A stretch of DNA of 64,000 nt from Thermoplasmata archaeon (lineage in GTDB: Archaea; Thermoplasmatota; Thermoplasmata; Lutacidiplasmatales; UBA184). A program made the translations under genes and the position numbers. Shown one piece after another: positions 42,724-51,802 of this stretch. Positions within the stretch are counted from its first letter, which is position 1; every line of letters starts with the position of its first letter. The notes under the pieces were generated by a model. The model was not told where the DNA came from, did not search any database, and saw nothing but the letters and a program-made list of their open reading frames with translations. The stretch lies in assembly GCA_022750195.1 (NCBI GenBank), contig JAKIWE010000005.1:99531-163530 (forward strand), given 5' to 3'.

Positions 42724-44073
42724 ATGCGACGGTTGGCCACTAGGTCCGAACGAACCGCGCGCGGGAAGTCCCTCCGCCTGCGGGTCCGTCGCTCAGGTCA
42801 AGCGACTTGGTCGCCCGCGAAGGACCGACCAGATCCCGTTCGGCTGCTCGAGGAGGCGGACCGCGGGCGAATACCGGACCTGCTCCCGATCCGCTACGGT
42901 CGGATGGCGCGTTCCCCCTTCACGTTCCTGCGCGGCTCCGCGAATCTCATGGCCTACGACCTCAGCTCGACGCGCTCGACCGGCCTTTCGGTCCAACTCG
43001 CGGGGGACGCCCACCTCGCGAACTTCGGTATGTTCGCGACACCGGAACGGGAGCCGGTCTTTGACGTCAACGATTTCGACGAGACGTTGCCCGGACCTTG
43101 GGAGTGGGACCTCAAGCGACTCGCCACCAGCTTCGTCGTGGCGGGACGCGAGAACGGACTGCCGCGTGCGCTGTGTCGCAGGGCCTCCCGCACCGCGGCC
43201 CGAGCGTACCGCCGGGCGATGGCCCGGTTCGCTTCCATGCGGTACCTCGACGTATGGTACTCGCACATCGACCCTGTCACCAGCGGCCTCTCCCTGTCCC
43301 AGCAGAGCCGCCGCCTGATCGACCGTTCGGCGATTCGCGCCCACGGTCGGTCCGGCTTTCACGCCTTCCCTAAGTTGGTGAGGGCCGTGCGCGGCGGCTA
43401 CCGCATCCGCGATGCCCCGCCGCTCCTTGTGCACTACAAAGACCCAGAGGCCGGCCTGGAGTCCCGTTCGTCGTTCGCCCGCTACCTCGCCAGCCTGCCC
43501 GACGAACGTCGGATGCTCCTCGAGCGCTACCACGTCGTCGACGTGGCCCAGAAGGTCGTCGGGGTCGGGAGCGTCGGGACCGCCTGCTCGGTCCTTCTGC
43601 TCCTGGCGGACTCCGACCTTCAGGACCCTCTCTTCCTCCAGCTCAAGCAGGCGAGCGCCTCCGCCCTGGAGCCGTACCTCGGTCCGAGCCCCTACGAGAA
43701 CCACGCCCAGCGGGTCGTGGTCGGGCAGCATCTCGTCCAGGAGGCAAGCGACATCTTCCTCGGCTGGAGCCGTCTCCGGTCGAAGGACTTCTACGTCCGT
43801 CAGCTTCGCGACATGACGTTCGCCTTCGAGTTCGACGCCCTCGGCACCAAAGCGCTCGCAGGCCACGCCGGGCTCTGCGGTACGGCGCTCGCTCGGGCGC
43901 ACGCTCGCACCGGCGACCCAGCCCAGATCAGCGGCTACTTGGGCGACAGCGACGCGTTCGACGAGGCGGTGACCCGGTTCGCCGAGACCTACGCGGTCCA
44001 GGTCGCCCGGGACCACAAGGCTCTGCTAACAGCGATCAAACGGGGCCGGCTCCCCGCAAAGTTCGGACTCTGA
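42724..44073 (+). CDS. DUF2252-family protein
   Basis: The N-terminal pattern is DRPDPVRLLEEADRGRIPDLLPIRYGRMARSPFTFLRGSA, with LAGDAHLANFG downstream. ATG 42724 lies about 34 nt after an A/T-rich box. The track ORF starts at 42655. Confidence 0.75.
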   Translation: MRRLATRSERTARGKSLRLRVRRSGQATWSPAKDRPDPVRLLEEADRGRIPDLLPIRYGRMARSPFTFLRGSANLMAYDLSSTRSTGLSVQLAGDAHLANFGMFATPEREPVFDVNDFDETLPGPWEWDLKRLATSFVVAGRENGLPRALCRRASRTAARAYRRAMARFASMRYLDVWYSHIDPVTSGLSLSQQSRRLIDRSAIRAHGRSGFHAFPKLVRAVRGGYRIRDAPPLLVHYKDPEAGLESRSSFARYLASLPDERRMLLERYHVVDVAQKVVGVGSVGTACSVLLLLADSDLQDPLFLQLKQASASALEPYLGPSPYENHAQRVVVGQHLVQEASDIFLGWSRLRSKDFYVRQLRDMTFAFEFDALGTKALAGHAGLCGTALARAHARTGDPAQISGYLGDSDAFDEAVTRFAETYAVQVARDHKALLTAIKRGRLPAKFGL

Positions 44074-44138
44074 CGGGAGCCGGGGCTCCCGGGCCCTCGA
44101 CCTTCACCGGCCGGTCCGGCATCCTGGGCCGGCCGCCG

Positions 44139-44696
44139 TCAGAAATAGACGAGCAGGAACCAGATCCAGGCGCCGACGAGCACGCCCGTCCACAGGGCGA
44201 GGAAGGTGAACGGCAACACCTCGGTCAGCGTATCGGGATTCATCCGATCGGTCCAGGCGACGCGCCGCGAGCTCGAGAAGCGAGCCTGATGGGCGGCGAA
44301 CGGGCGCAGCAGGTTGAGGGGGAGGCTCGCATCCGTGCGCAGGGTGACGGGAACCATCCACTCGCCTTCGATCGGAGGCTGTTCCCGCTCGAGCCGCGCC
44401 GCCGCCTCGCTCCATAGGTTCTTCGCGTCGTTCGTCCGTCGGAGGAGGCCGGTCCAGACGAAGGAGATGAGGATCCCGAGCGCGGAGAGGAACGTCACGA
44501 TGACCACGAGGATCCGGGGCTGGCTGAGCAGGTCGGCCACCGCGACGATCAGCGCGGTGATCAGCACCGTCCCGATGGCGGCGTAGTAGGTCGTCCGGCC
44601 GGCGGCGAGCTGATTCTCCTCTGCCGCGAGCCGCTCGAGCTTGTCGTGGAGCCATCGCCGGTCCTCGGACGACAGGGAAGGCGGAGGGTCCGGCAC
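44139..44696 (-). CDS. membrane protein with an N-terminal helix, a TM hairpin and a C-terminal TM (hypothetical)
   Basis: A helix (RRWLHDKLERLAAEENQLAAG) is followed by a TM pair, an amphipathic helix and a third TM at the C-terminus. The start is GTG 44696. Confidence 0.5.
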   Translation of the reverse strand: MPDPPPSLSSEDRRWLHDKLERLAAEENQLAAGRTTYYAAIGTVLITALIVAVADLLSQPRILVVIVTFLSALGILISFVWTGLLRRTNDAKNLWSEAAARLEREQPPIEGEWMVPVTLRTDASLPLNLLRPFAAHQARFSSSRRVAWTDRMNPDTLTEVLPFTFLALWTGVLVGAWIWFLLVYF

Positions 44697-44895
44697 ATTT
44701 CGGGGATGCTGGCCGGTGGATTAGGGTTGGGCGGAAGGACGCCGGTGTTCATCCCCGGGGCGGGGCGATCACCGCACGGCTCGGACGTGCCTTGCGCGGC
44801 TCAGGGAGGTTCGTCCTGGTGCCGCACGTGCGACTCAAGTGGGAGTCGATGGGGGCGATCGCTGGGCCAAAGGGCCGGCGGTCGGGTGTCTCGGT

Positions 44896-45831
44896 TCACG
44901 TGATCCGCAAAGACCGGAGCGCCCGCGGGAGCGGCGGGTACTTCGAGTGCATCGCCTCGAGGGCGTGGACGATCACTCGGCAGACGACGAGGTCACGGAA
45001 CCATTTCCGGTTCGACGGGACGAAGTACCAGGGCGCCCAGTCGGTGCTGGTCCTTCCGAGCGCTTCGGCGTACGCGCGCATGTACGCCCCCCAGTACCGA
45101 CGCTCGCGTGGGTCGGAGAGACTGAACTTCCAATGCTTGGTCGGGTCCTCGAGCCGCTCTTCCAGCCGCCGCTTCTGCTCGTCCTTGTCGATGTGGAGGT
45201 AGAACTTGAGGATCGACGTGCCTTCCTCGCTCAGGGATCGTTCGAAGTCGTTGATCTCCCGGTACCGTCGCTCCCAAACCGGCTTTGGAACGAGGTGGTG
45301 GACCCGAGCGACGAGGACGTCCTCGTAGTGGCTCCGATTGAAGATCGTGATCTCCCCGGTCGCCGGGACCTCCCGATGTACCCGCCAGAGGAAGTCGTGG
45401 GCGAGCTCCTCGACCGAAGGGACCTTGAACGAGGCGACGCGGACGCCCTGCGGGTTGACCCCCTGGAAGACGCGTCGGATCGTGCCGTCCTTGCCGGCGG
45501 AGTCCATCGCTTGGAGCACGACCAGGAGGCGGTGTCGGTGCTCCGCGTAGAGGAGCTCCTGGAGACTTTCGAGACGACTCCGGAGCTTCTCGAGCTCCCG
45601 AACCGCAGCGCTCTTCCCGCCTCGGAACCCGGAGGTGTCGTCCCCGTCCCACGCCTGCGGACGGAGCCTAGCGCCGGGGGGGATTCGGAACCGATCGATG
45701 CCTCTACCCACGGGTCCGCTCCACGCTCCGGGCGATGGCCCTGGACTTCGCTCGGACGGTAGGGGGTTAAGAGGGCGAGGGCCCGGCGTCGTCGGATCCT
45801 GTCCCCGAAGCAACTTCCTCCACGGGCGCAT
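44896..45831 (-). CDS. ppk2: polyphosphate kinase 2 (PPK2) family protein
   Basis: The P-loop is LQAMDSAGKDG, with FLWRVHREVP.TGEITIFNRSHYEDVLV also present. An alternative GTG start at 45711 would avoid the 65-nt overlap with the upstream gene. Confidence 0.85.
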   Translation of the reverse strand: MRPWRKLLRGQDPTTPGPRPLNPLPSERSPGPSPGAWSGPVGRGIDRFRIPPGARLRPQAWDGDDTSGFRGGKSAAVRELEKLRSRLESLQELLYAEHRHRLLVVLQAMDSAGKDGTIRRVFQGVNPQGVRVASFKVPSVEELAHDFLWRVHREVPATGEITIFNRSHYEDVLVARVHHLVPKPVWERRYREINDFERSLSEEGTSILKFYLHIDKDEQKRRLEERLEDPTKHWKFSLSDPRERRYWGAYMRAYAEALGRTSTDWAPWYFVPSNRKWFRDLVVCRVIVHALEAMHSKYPPLPRALRSLRIT

Positions 45832-46315
45832 GGGACTTGGCCGCTTTGACTTTCTTCCTCAGGATCAGGCCCACGATCAACAGGATGAGGCCCAAGACGA
45901 GGAAGAGCGTCGCGAGGAGCGGTGAGCTACCGGAGACGTTGACCGTCGCCGAGGAGGAGCCGGGGGAGACGATCCCCGCCAGCACGGTCGACCCGACCTT
46001 GGTGGCAAAGCTGAACGACCCGCTCGTCCCGTTCTCGAACCCGATGATCGAGTGGCCTTGGCAGATGCTCGAAAAGTTGTGGCCGTTCAGATTGATCCCC
46101 GTGCACGTAAGGACGAGGAATTCGACCGAGGTGGAGGACGTCCACGTGAGGGAGAGCTGGACGTTGCCGGTGGGAGAGAAGGCGGTCGTGATGTTGAAGG
46201 CGTCCGGGTTGCTCGACGTCACCGTCTGCGATTGCATCGGCAGGAGCGGGACGAACAACAGCACGGCCCCGAGCACGACGAGGATCACCCCTACCACCAC
46301 GAGACCGGCCCTCAT
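45767..46315 (-). CDS. bitopic surface protein: N-terminal TM, Ser/Thr-rich beta domain and C-terminal TM (hypothetical)
   Basis: Hydrophobic helices sit at both ends and several N-x-S/T sequons are present. I recognise no homology. Confidence 0.5.
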   Translation of the reverse strand: MRAGLVVVGVILVVLGAVLLFVPLLPMQSQTVTSSNPDAFNITTAFSPTGNVQLSLTWTSSTSVEFLVLTCTGINLNGHNFSSICQGHSIIGFENGTSGSFSFATKVGSTVLAGIVSPGSSSATVNVSGSSPLLATLFLVLGLILLIVGLILRKKVKAAKSHAPVEEVASGTGSDDAGPSPS

Positions 46316-46503
46316 TCGTCGCCCTTGCTAGACCGTATCACCCGTGCTACTTAACCGCCGGTGCCCCGGTCGCGGACTCAGTTCCGTGAGCTCGGAGCAG
46401 ATGCGGAACGCCCATGCTTGCCCGGACCGAGCGAGCCCCGCATCCGCCCGAACCCGGCAACCCACGTAATACCCCCTCGCGGGTCCCGCGTGGGTGAAAC
46501 AAA

Positions 46504-46971
46504 ATGGCCGCAGTCACACGTGCGCGCAGCCTCCATCTTGAGTTCGAGTACACGTACCAGGTGGCAACGCACCGCGTGTTCCGGGCGCTGACGACCGAGG
46601 TCGGAGCCTGGTGGACGGACCCGCACCGGATGCTGTCGCACTCGAGCAGCCTGAATCTTGACCCGGTCCCAGGCGGCCACTTCTTGGAGACCGCCGCGAA
46701 AGGGAGCAGTTGGATCTGGGCCACGGTCACCGGGGTCGAGCCGGATCGCTGCCTCGAGCTGACCGGGCGCTTCGGGATGAGCGGCGCGGTCGAGGGGCGC
46801 GTCTGCTACGAGCTCCGGCCCAAGGGCCGGTCGGCGACCATCCTGAAACTCACGCACTCGGCGGTAGGGGACGTGGGCAAGAGCGAGCGCAAGGAGTTCG
46901 CCGCGGGCTGGGAACAGCTGTTGAACCGGAAGCTCCGTGGCTTCCTCCGCCGAAATTCGAAACGCCGCTAG
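46504..46971 (+). CDS. SRPBCC/Aha1-like (START-fold) domain protein
   Basis: The family N-terminal pattern is FEYTYQVATHRVFRALTTEVGAWWTDP. The length is 155 aa. Confidence 0.7.
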   Translation: MAAVTRARSLHLEFEYTYQVATHRVFRALTTEVGAWWTDPHRMLSHSSSLNLDPVPGGHFLETAAKGSSWIWATVTGVEPDRCLELTGRFGMSGAVEGRVCYELRPKGRSATILKLTHSAVGDVGKSERKEFAAGWEQLLNRKLRGFLRRNSKRR

Positions 46972-47012
46972 GCCGCCCCTTACGGGACGAGCCTTTCGCC
47001 CCCGCGGGCAAC

Positions 47013-47705
47013 CTACCAGGGAATCCCGGCCGCCTCGGCCAGGAATTCGTTCAAGGGGTCCAGGGCCTGGCACGTGCTCACGAACGTCCCCAGAAATGCC
47101 GGGGCGGCGACCTTGGCGTCCGCGAGCTCCTTCGAGGCGATGAAGTCCTTCCGCTTCAGGTCCGCGACGAACCGGTGCTCAGGGTCGAACCCCGGGGGCG
47201 CCCGCTGGAGGCTCTCCCCGCCGAGCTCGATACCACCCTTCAGGACGCGCTGCCACCCGGCCGGATCCTGGACGATCGCGGCCCGAATCTTGGCGAGGCG
47301 CTTCGACTCCGGCCGCCACATGCCGGACGCCACGAAGCTCTCTCCGGGCGAGATGTGAAGGTAGAATCCGGGTAGGCTCTCGTCGCTCTCGGCCGCCTGC
47401 CGGTGGAAGAAGCGGATCCCCACGTTGGTCTTGTACGGGCTCTTGTCCTTGGCGAAACGCAGGTCACGGTAGATCCGGGTGAGAGAGCCTCCCACCGGAC
47501 GAGGGTCGGCGACCAGCTGGCGGCTGATCTTCTGAAGGCGCGGACCGGCGTCCCGGACGAACCGGAGGCTCGGGTCGCGCACGAACGACTCGTACCGCGC
47601 TTTGTTCTCGAGGAACCACTCCCGCCGGTTGTTCTTCGCCAGCTCTCGAAGGAAACGGAACGATTCGGCCGAGAAGTACCCGTTCGGCGCCGTTGCTTCG
47701 GACAT
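47013..47705 (-). CDS. DUF2461 (TIGR02453) family protein
   Basis: FSAESFRFLRELAKNNRREWFLENKARYE and YRDLRFAKDKSPYKT are present. ATG 47705 (MSEATAPNGYF) gives 230 aa. The upstream part of track ORF 47013..48101 is Arg/Pro-rich. Confidence 0.8.
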   Translation of the reverse strand: MSEATAPNGYFSAESFRFLRELAKNNRREWFLENKARYESFVRDPSLRFVRDAGPRLQKISRQLVADPRPVGGSLTRIYRDLRFAKDKSPYKTNVGIRFFHRQAAESDESLPGFYLHISPGESFVASGMWRPESKRLAKIRAAIVQDPAGWQRVLKGGIELGGESLQRAPPGFDPEHRFVADLKRKDFIASKELADAKVAAPAFLGTFVSTCQALDPLNEFLAEAAGIPW

Positions 47706-47839
47706 GAACGCCCGGTGGCTCCTTCGATGGTCGCCGGCTCGGTGGGGCCGCCGAACCTCACCTTCCCGGAGCGGGATGAGTTCTTCCCCAGAGTTTCGGT
47801 CGACCCCGGCGGGAGCGGAACCGGTCGGGCGCCTCTGGG

Positions 47840-48670
47840 TCAGGGGTGAGCAGCGCGGACCCGGGGGGTCTGCGCCCGTTGACGCTCGACGAGCCGAACG
47901 AACGCCCTCCAGCTCCGTGTGGACCGGTGCGGGGGCAGGCCTCGTGAGAACCGTGAAGAGAGCCGGTAGGAGCTCCGGGGCGGGTCCATGCCACGGTATT
48001 GTATCGGGGTAAGCCCGGCCCGGAACGCGCCGAGGACATCGTAGGGCCCGTCTCCGATATGCACCGCAGCGGTCGGCGGCCGGTGAAGCCGGGCCAGGCA
48101 CGCCCAGAATAGCTCCGGCCTCGGTTTACCCCACGGACGGCCGGACGAGAAGGTCCGAGCGTCGAAGTACCGGTCCAGGTCCAGCCGTCGGAGGACGGCC
48201 CGGACGCCGCTGTCCGATTCGAAGACGACGTTCGAGACGATGCCGAGCCGCAGACCGGTCGACTTCAGCGCCGCCAGTCCGTCGTGAACCCCCGGAGCCA
48301 CCCGCACGGGGGATTCGACCAACAACCGGTCGAGCTCTCGACGGACCCCGCCGGCTGCGATCGGCAGGCCCGTCGCGGTAGCGAGCCAGACCACCTGCTC
48401 GCCGATCGGGGGTGTCCGGCCGGCAAACTCGAGGGTGCGGAGGTGGTCGTAGAGGGCATCGACCCAGCGGTCCGAGGTTCCGGGGTCGAGGCCGGCGTCG
48501 AGGAGGGCATGGCGCCAGATCGTTCGATGGCGGCGAGCGTAGGTCGCGCGCGTCTCGCGAGGAAGCCCGAACAGGGTGTACCACGCGTCGCACGTGACCG
48601 CTTCCCACCTCTCCGGTTCCCCGGGGGAGGGGTCCCCCGGCTTCGGGGGCGAGGGCGCGGTCACCGGCAC
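47840..48670 (-). CDS. HAD-superfamily hydrolase (divergent)
   Basis: A motif I-like CDAWYTLF, motif II IVSNV and motif IV HIGDGPYD are present. The start is GTG 48670. The first Asp is replaced by Cys, so activity is uncertain. Confidence 0.55.
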   Translation of the reverse strand: MPVTAPSPPKPGDPSPGEPERWEAVTCDAWYTLFGLPRETRATYARRHRTIWRHALLDAGLDPGTSDRWVDALYDHLRTLEFAGRTPPIGEQVVWLATATGLPIAAGGVRRELDRLLVESPVRVAPGVHDGLAALKSTGLRLGIVSNVVFESDSGVRAVLRRLDLDRYFDARTFSSGRPWGKPRPELFWACLARLHRPPTAAVHIGDGPYDVLGAFRAGLTPIQYRGMDPPRSSYRLSSRFSRGLPPHRSTRSWRAFVRLVERQRAQTPRVRAAHP

Positions 48671-48772
48671 CGGCCGCGGCGCCTGACCCGCCGCCGGGAC
48701 GATCCACCGCTACGACTCACGCTCCGTTGACGCTCCGTCGTCGCCCGCCCCCTCGAACCCACCGCCCGGAGC

Positions 48773-50761
48773 TCAAGACGAGGCGGTGCGCCGACGTTTG
48801 CGCCTCGGCGCCGAGGGTACTTTGGATCGCTGACGCACCGCGGTTCGGGCGTCGCCTCGGAGCGCCTTCGCCCCGTTCCTTCCGTGTACGATGCGGATGG
48901 CCCGCATCAGCGCGATGTGACTGAGGGCCTGCGGGTAGTTCCCCAGCGGTTGGCCCGTGCGAGGGTCGCACGCCTCCGCGAAGAGCCCGAGGGGGCCGCC
49001 TACCTCGGTGAGCTCACGGAGACGACGCTCAGCCTCCGCGCGCTCGCCCATCTGGGCGAGCGACTCGACGAGCCAGAAGCTGCACGGGAGGAACGCGCCC
49101 TCGGCGCCGGCGATCCCGTCTTCGGTCCGGTACCGGAACACGTACGGGCCGAAGCTGAGCTCCCGTCGGATCCGTCGGACGGTCGAGCGAACGCGAGGGT
49201 CGGAGTACGGCAGGAGCCCGACCATCGGGATCCGCAGCTCGGCCGCGTCGAGGCCGGTGCCGTCGAGGGTCTGGGTGAACGCTCGGAGGTCCGGGTGGTA
49301 GCCTCGTTCGAGGATCGTCGTCCGGACGCGGTCGGCCGCCTCGGCCCATCCGACAACGCGCTCGTCGTCGACACGGAGCCGTCGTGCGATCCGCACCCCC
49401 CGGTCGAGGGCCACCCAGGCCATCGTCTTCGAGTGCGTGTACTGCCGCGGCGGCGAGCGGATCTCCCAGATGCCGTGGTCTGCCGCCCGCCAGTGGCGGC
49501 CGACGGACTCCACCACCCCCGCGATCTCCGTCCACAGGCTCCGCACGAAGTCGAGGTCGATCGCGCTGAGCGTCGCCGCTGCGTCCAGAAGCTCGCCGAA
49601 GATGTCGAGCTGGTACTGTCGGACGGCGGCGTTCCCGACGCGCACGGGCCGGGAGTCCGCATACCCGGCGAGGTGGGGCAGCGACCGCTCCGTGAGGTCG
49701 ACCTCTCCATGGCTCCCGTAGACCACGCGGAGCCGCTCGGAGGCGGGATCGGCCCGCAGGCGTCCGACGACCCAGCGGAGGAACCCCTTCGCCTCGTCGA
49801 CGTGGTCGAGGAGGAGGAGCGTCTGCGCGGCGAACGCCGCATCACGGATCCAGGTGTACCGGTAATCCCAGTTCCGACGTCCGCCGGGCCACTCCGGTAG
49901 GGAAGTGGTCGGCGCCGCGACGAACGCACCGGTATCCTCGTGGGAGAGGAGCTTGAGGGCCAGCTCCGACCGGAGGACCAGGTCGGACCATACGCGTGGG
50001 AGGCCACCGAACGTGGACCGGTCCGCGTTCGACCAGCTCCGCCAGAACTTCACCGTGCGGGCGAAAAGGTCCTCCGCGCTGGCGTCGGTCGGCCGCGTCG
50101 AGCCCCAAATGATCTCGACGTGACCGCCGGCTCCCGGTCGCACCACGCCCTCCGCCCGCATCTGTCCGTCCACGACCCCCCCGTTCCAAGGGTGAAGGAC
50201 CGAGAGCGCCATCCTCCCGGCGCGCGCCTGGTGGCCCCCCGCTACGCTCCGCCAACGTCCGGGGAGCTGGGCATAGGCGAATCGCGGGTGGCAACGCAAC
50301 CGCACGCGGACCGGGCCGCCCGTCGCCCGGACCCGGCGGATGATCATCGGCAGGCCCTCCTCGTCGCCGGTGGGAACGACCGGCATGAAGTCCGTGAGCT
50401 CGAGGGACCGTCCCCCCGGCAGGTCGAACCGGGTGGTCAACACGTTCGTCGCGCGGAGGTAGGCCTGCGAAGAGAGCGCCGGCTCGAGGGGAGTCAGCTC
50501 GTGGAACCCCCCGACGCGGTCGTCGAGCAAACGAGCGAAGACGCTGGGCGAGGCGAATCGCGGAAAGCACGCCCAGTCGATCGATCCCCAGCGCGAGATC
50601 AGCGCGGCCGTGTGGAGGTTCCCGATCACCCCGAACTGTGTCAACGGGGGGTAGGCGGTCCGTCCTGAGGCGGGAACGGTCGCGACGGCGCCGCGAGCGA
50701 CAACGGCGGAGGGCTCGAAGGGGGCCCGCCCGTACCCCTCCAACTCACTCGGCAGGCCCAT
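48773..50761 (-). CDS. glycoside hydrolase family 15 (glucoamylase/trehalase-type)
   Basis: The GH15 catalytic-domain signature is AAPTTSLPEWPGGRRNWDYRYTWIRDAAF, preceded by an N-terminal beta-sandwich domain. Confidence 0.9.
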   Translation of the reverse strand: MGLPSELEGYGRAPFEPSAVVARGAVATVPASGRTAYPPLTQFGVIGNLHTAALISRWGSIDWACFPRFASPSVFARLLDDRVGGFHELTPLEPALSSQAYLRATNVLTTRFDLPGGRSLELTDFMPVVPTGDEEGLPMIIRRVRATGGPVRVRLRCHPRFAYAQLPGRWRSVAGGHQARAGRMALSVLHPWNGGVVDGQMRAEGVVRPGAGGHVEIIWGSTRPTDASAEDLFARTVKFWRSWSNADRSTFGGLPRVWSDLVLRSELALKLLSHEDTGAFVAAPTTSLPEWPGGRRNWDYRYTWIRDAAFAAQTLLLLDHVDEAKGFLRWVVGRLRADPASERLRVVYGSHGEVDLTERSLPHLAGYADSRPVRVGNAAVRQYQLDIFGELLDAAATLSAIDLDFVRSLWTEIAGVVESVGRHWRAADHGIWEIRSPPRQYTHSKTMAWVALDRGVRIARRLRVDDERVVGWAEAADRVRTTILERGYHPDLRAFTQTLDGTGLDAAELRIPMVGLLPYSDPRVRSTVRRIRRELSFGPYVFRYRTEDGIAGAEGAFLPCSFWLVESLAQMGERAEAERRLRELTEVGGPLGLFAEACDPRTGQPLGNYPQALSHIALMRAIRIVHGRNGAKALRGDARTAVRQRSKVPSAPRRKRRRTASS

Positions 50762-50851
50762 ACCTCTGGGTGCAGAAAGGCCGAACGGGGCTAATTATTG
50801 TCGGCCCGGGCCGCTATCCGGTCCCAAGGAGCGTCGAGCCCTGACGAACGC

Positions 50852-51718
50852 CTACGTTAGACCGGGGCTCGCCGCGGCGCACAGCTCCCACAAACGGGCG
50901 GCGGAGGTCGGGTCGTACGAGGCGGGGGAGGACCTTGCTGGTCGAGATCTCTGGAAGTACTCGCCGCTCACGTCGCGAACCTCCGGAGAGGTCGCGAGGT
51001 AGAGCTGGGTGGCGACCCCTTTCGCGACCGGGATCGCCGCCAGGAACGAGACGAACCGGACCATCAGGGCGAAGCTGCCACCGTTGTTCTGCCCGAACCG
51101 GGTCGCGACGAATCCGGGATGCAGGGCGTTGACCGTGACCCCGGAGCCGGCCCATCGCCGGGCGAACTCATGGGTCAGGAGGATGAGCGCGAGCTTCGAG
51201 CGGCCGTACGCTCGGAACCCGCGGTACGACCGGGTACTTTCGAGATCGTCCAACACCAGCGATTCACCTACGTGAGCGGCCGACGCGACGTTCACGACCC
51301 GCGCCGGCGTGGCGGCCCGGAGCTGGGGGGCGAGCAAGTGGGTGAGACGGAAGGGCGCCAGAACGTTGAGGGCGAAGGTCCGTTCGTGCCCGTCTCGGGT
51401 CATCCCGCGCCGGTGAAACACGGCTCCCGCGTTGTTCACGAGCACGTCGACGCGGTCGAGCCGGTCGGCGAGCGAACTCGCCAACGACCGGAGTTCTCCC
51501 ATCTCCAGGAGGTCGGCCCCGAAGGCGGTGAACTCTCCCTCCGGCACCGCTCCCCGCAGCCGGGTCACGGCTTCCGAGGCGCTCGGAAACGTGCGGCCGA
51601 CCACGGCTACGCGGGCGCCCTGCGCGGCGAGGGCGCGCGCGGTGGCTTCGCCGAGACCGGAGGTCGCCCCGGTCACGACGCATACCTTGCCGCTCATCGG
51701 CCCCGCGCCTGGGCTCAT
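50852..51718 (-). CDS. short-chain dehydrogenase/reductase (SDR)
   Basis: The cofactor motif is TGATSGLG and the catalytic region is YGRSKLA. An A/T-rich box lies about 32 nt upstream of ATG 51718. Confidence 0.9.
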   Translation of the reverse strand: MSPGAGPMSGKVCVVTGATSGLGEATARALAAQGARVAVVGRTFPSASEAVTRLRGAVPEGEFTAFGADLLEMGELRSLASSLADRLDRVDVLVNNAGAVFHRRGMTRDGHERTFALNVLAPFRLTHLLAPQLRAATPARVVNVASAAHVGESLVLDDLESTRSYRGFRAYGRSKLALILLTHEFARRWAGSGVTVNALHPGFVATRFGQNNGGSFALMVRFVSFLAAIPVAKGVATQLYLATSPEVRDVSGEYFQRSRPARSSPASYDPTSAARLWELCAAASPGLT

Positions 51719-51802
51719 CGGTACGAGCCGAGCAGCGCTCGCTCCGATTAAGCGGCGTCGTGAGGAGCGACCCGGCGAGGTAGGGCGGTCGGTGCCCGAG
51801 CT

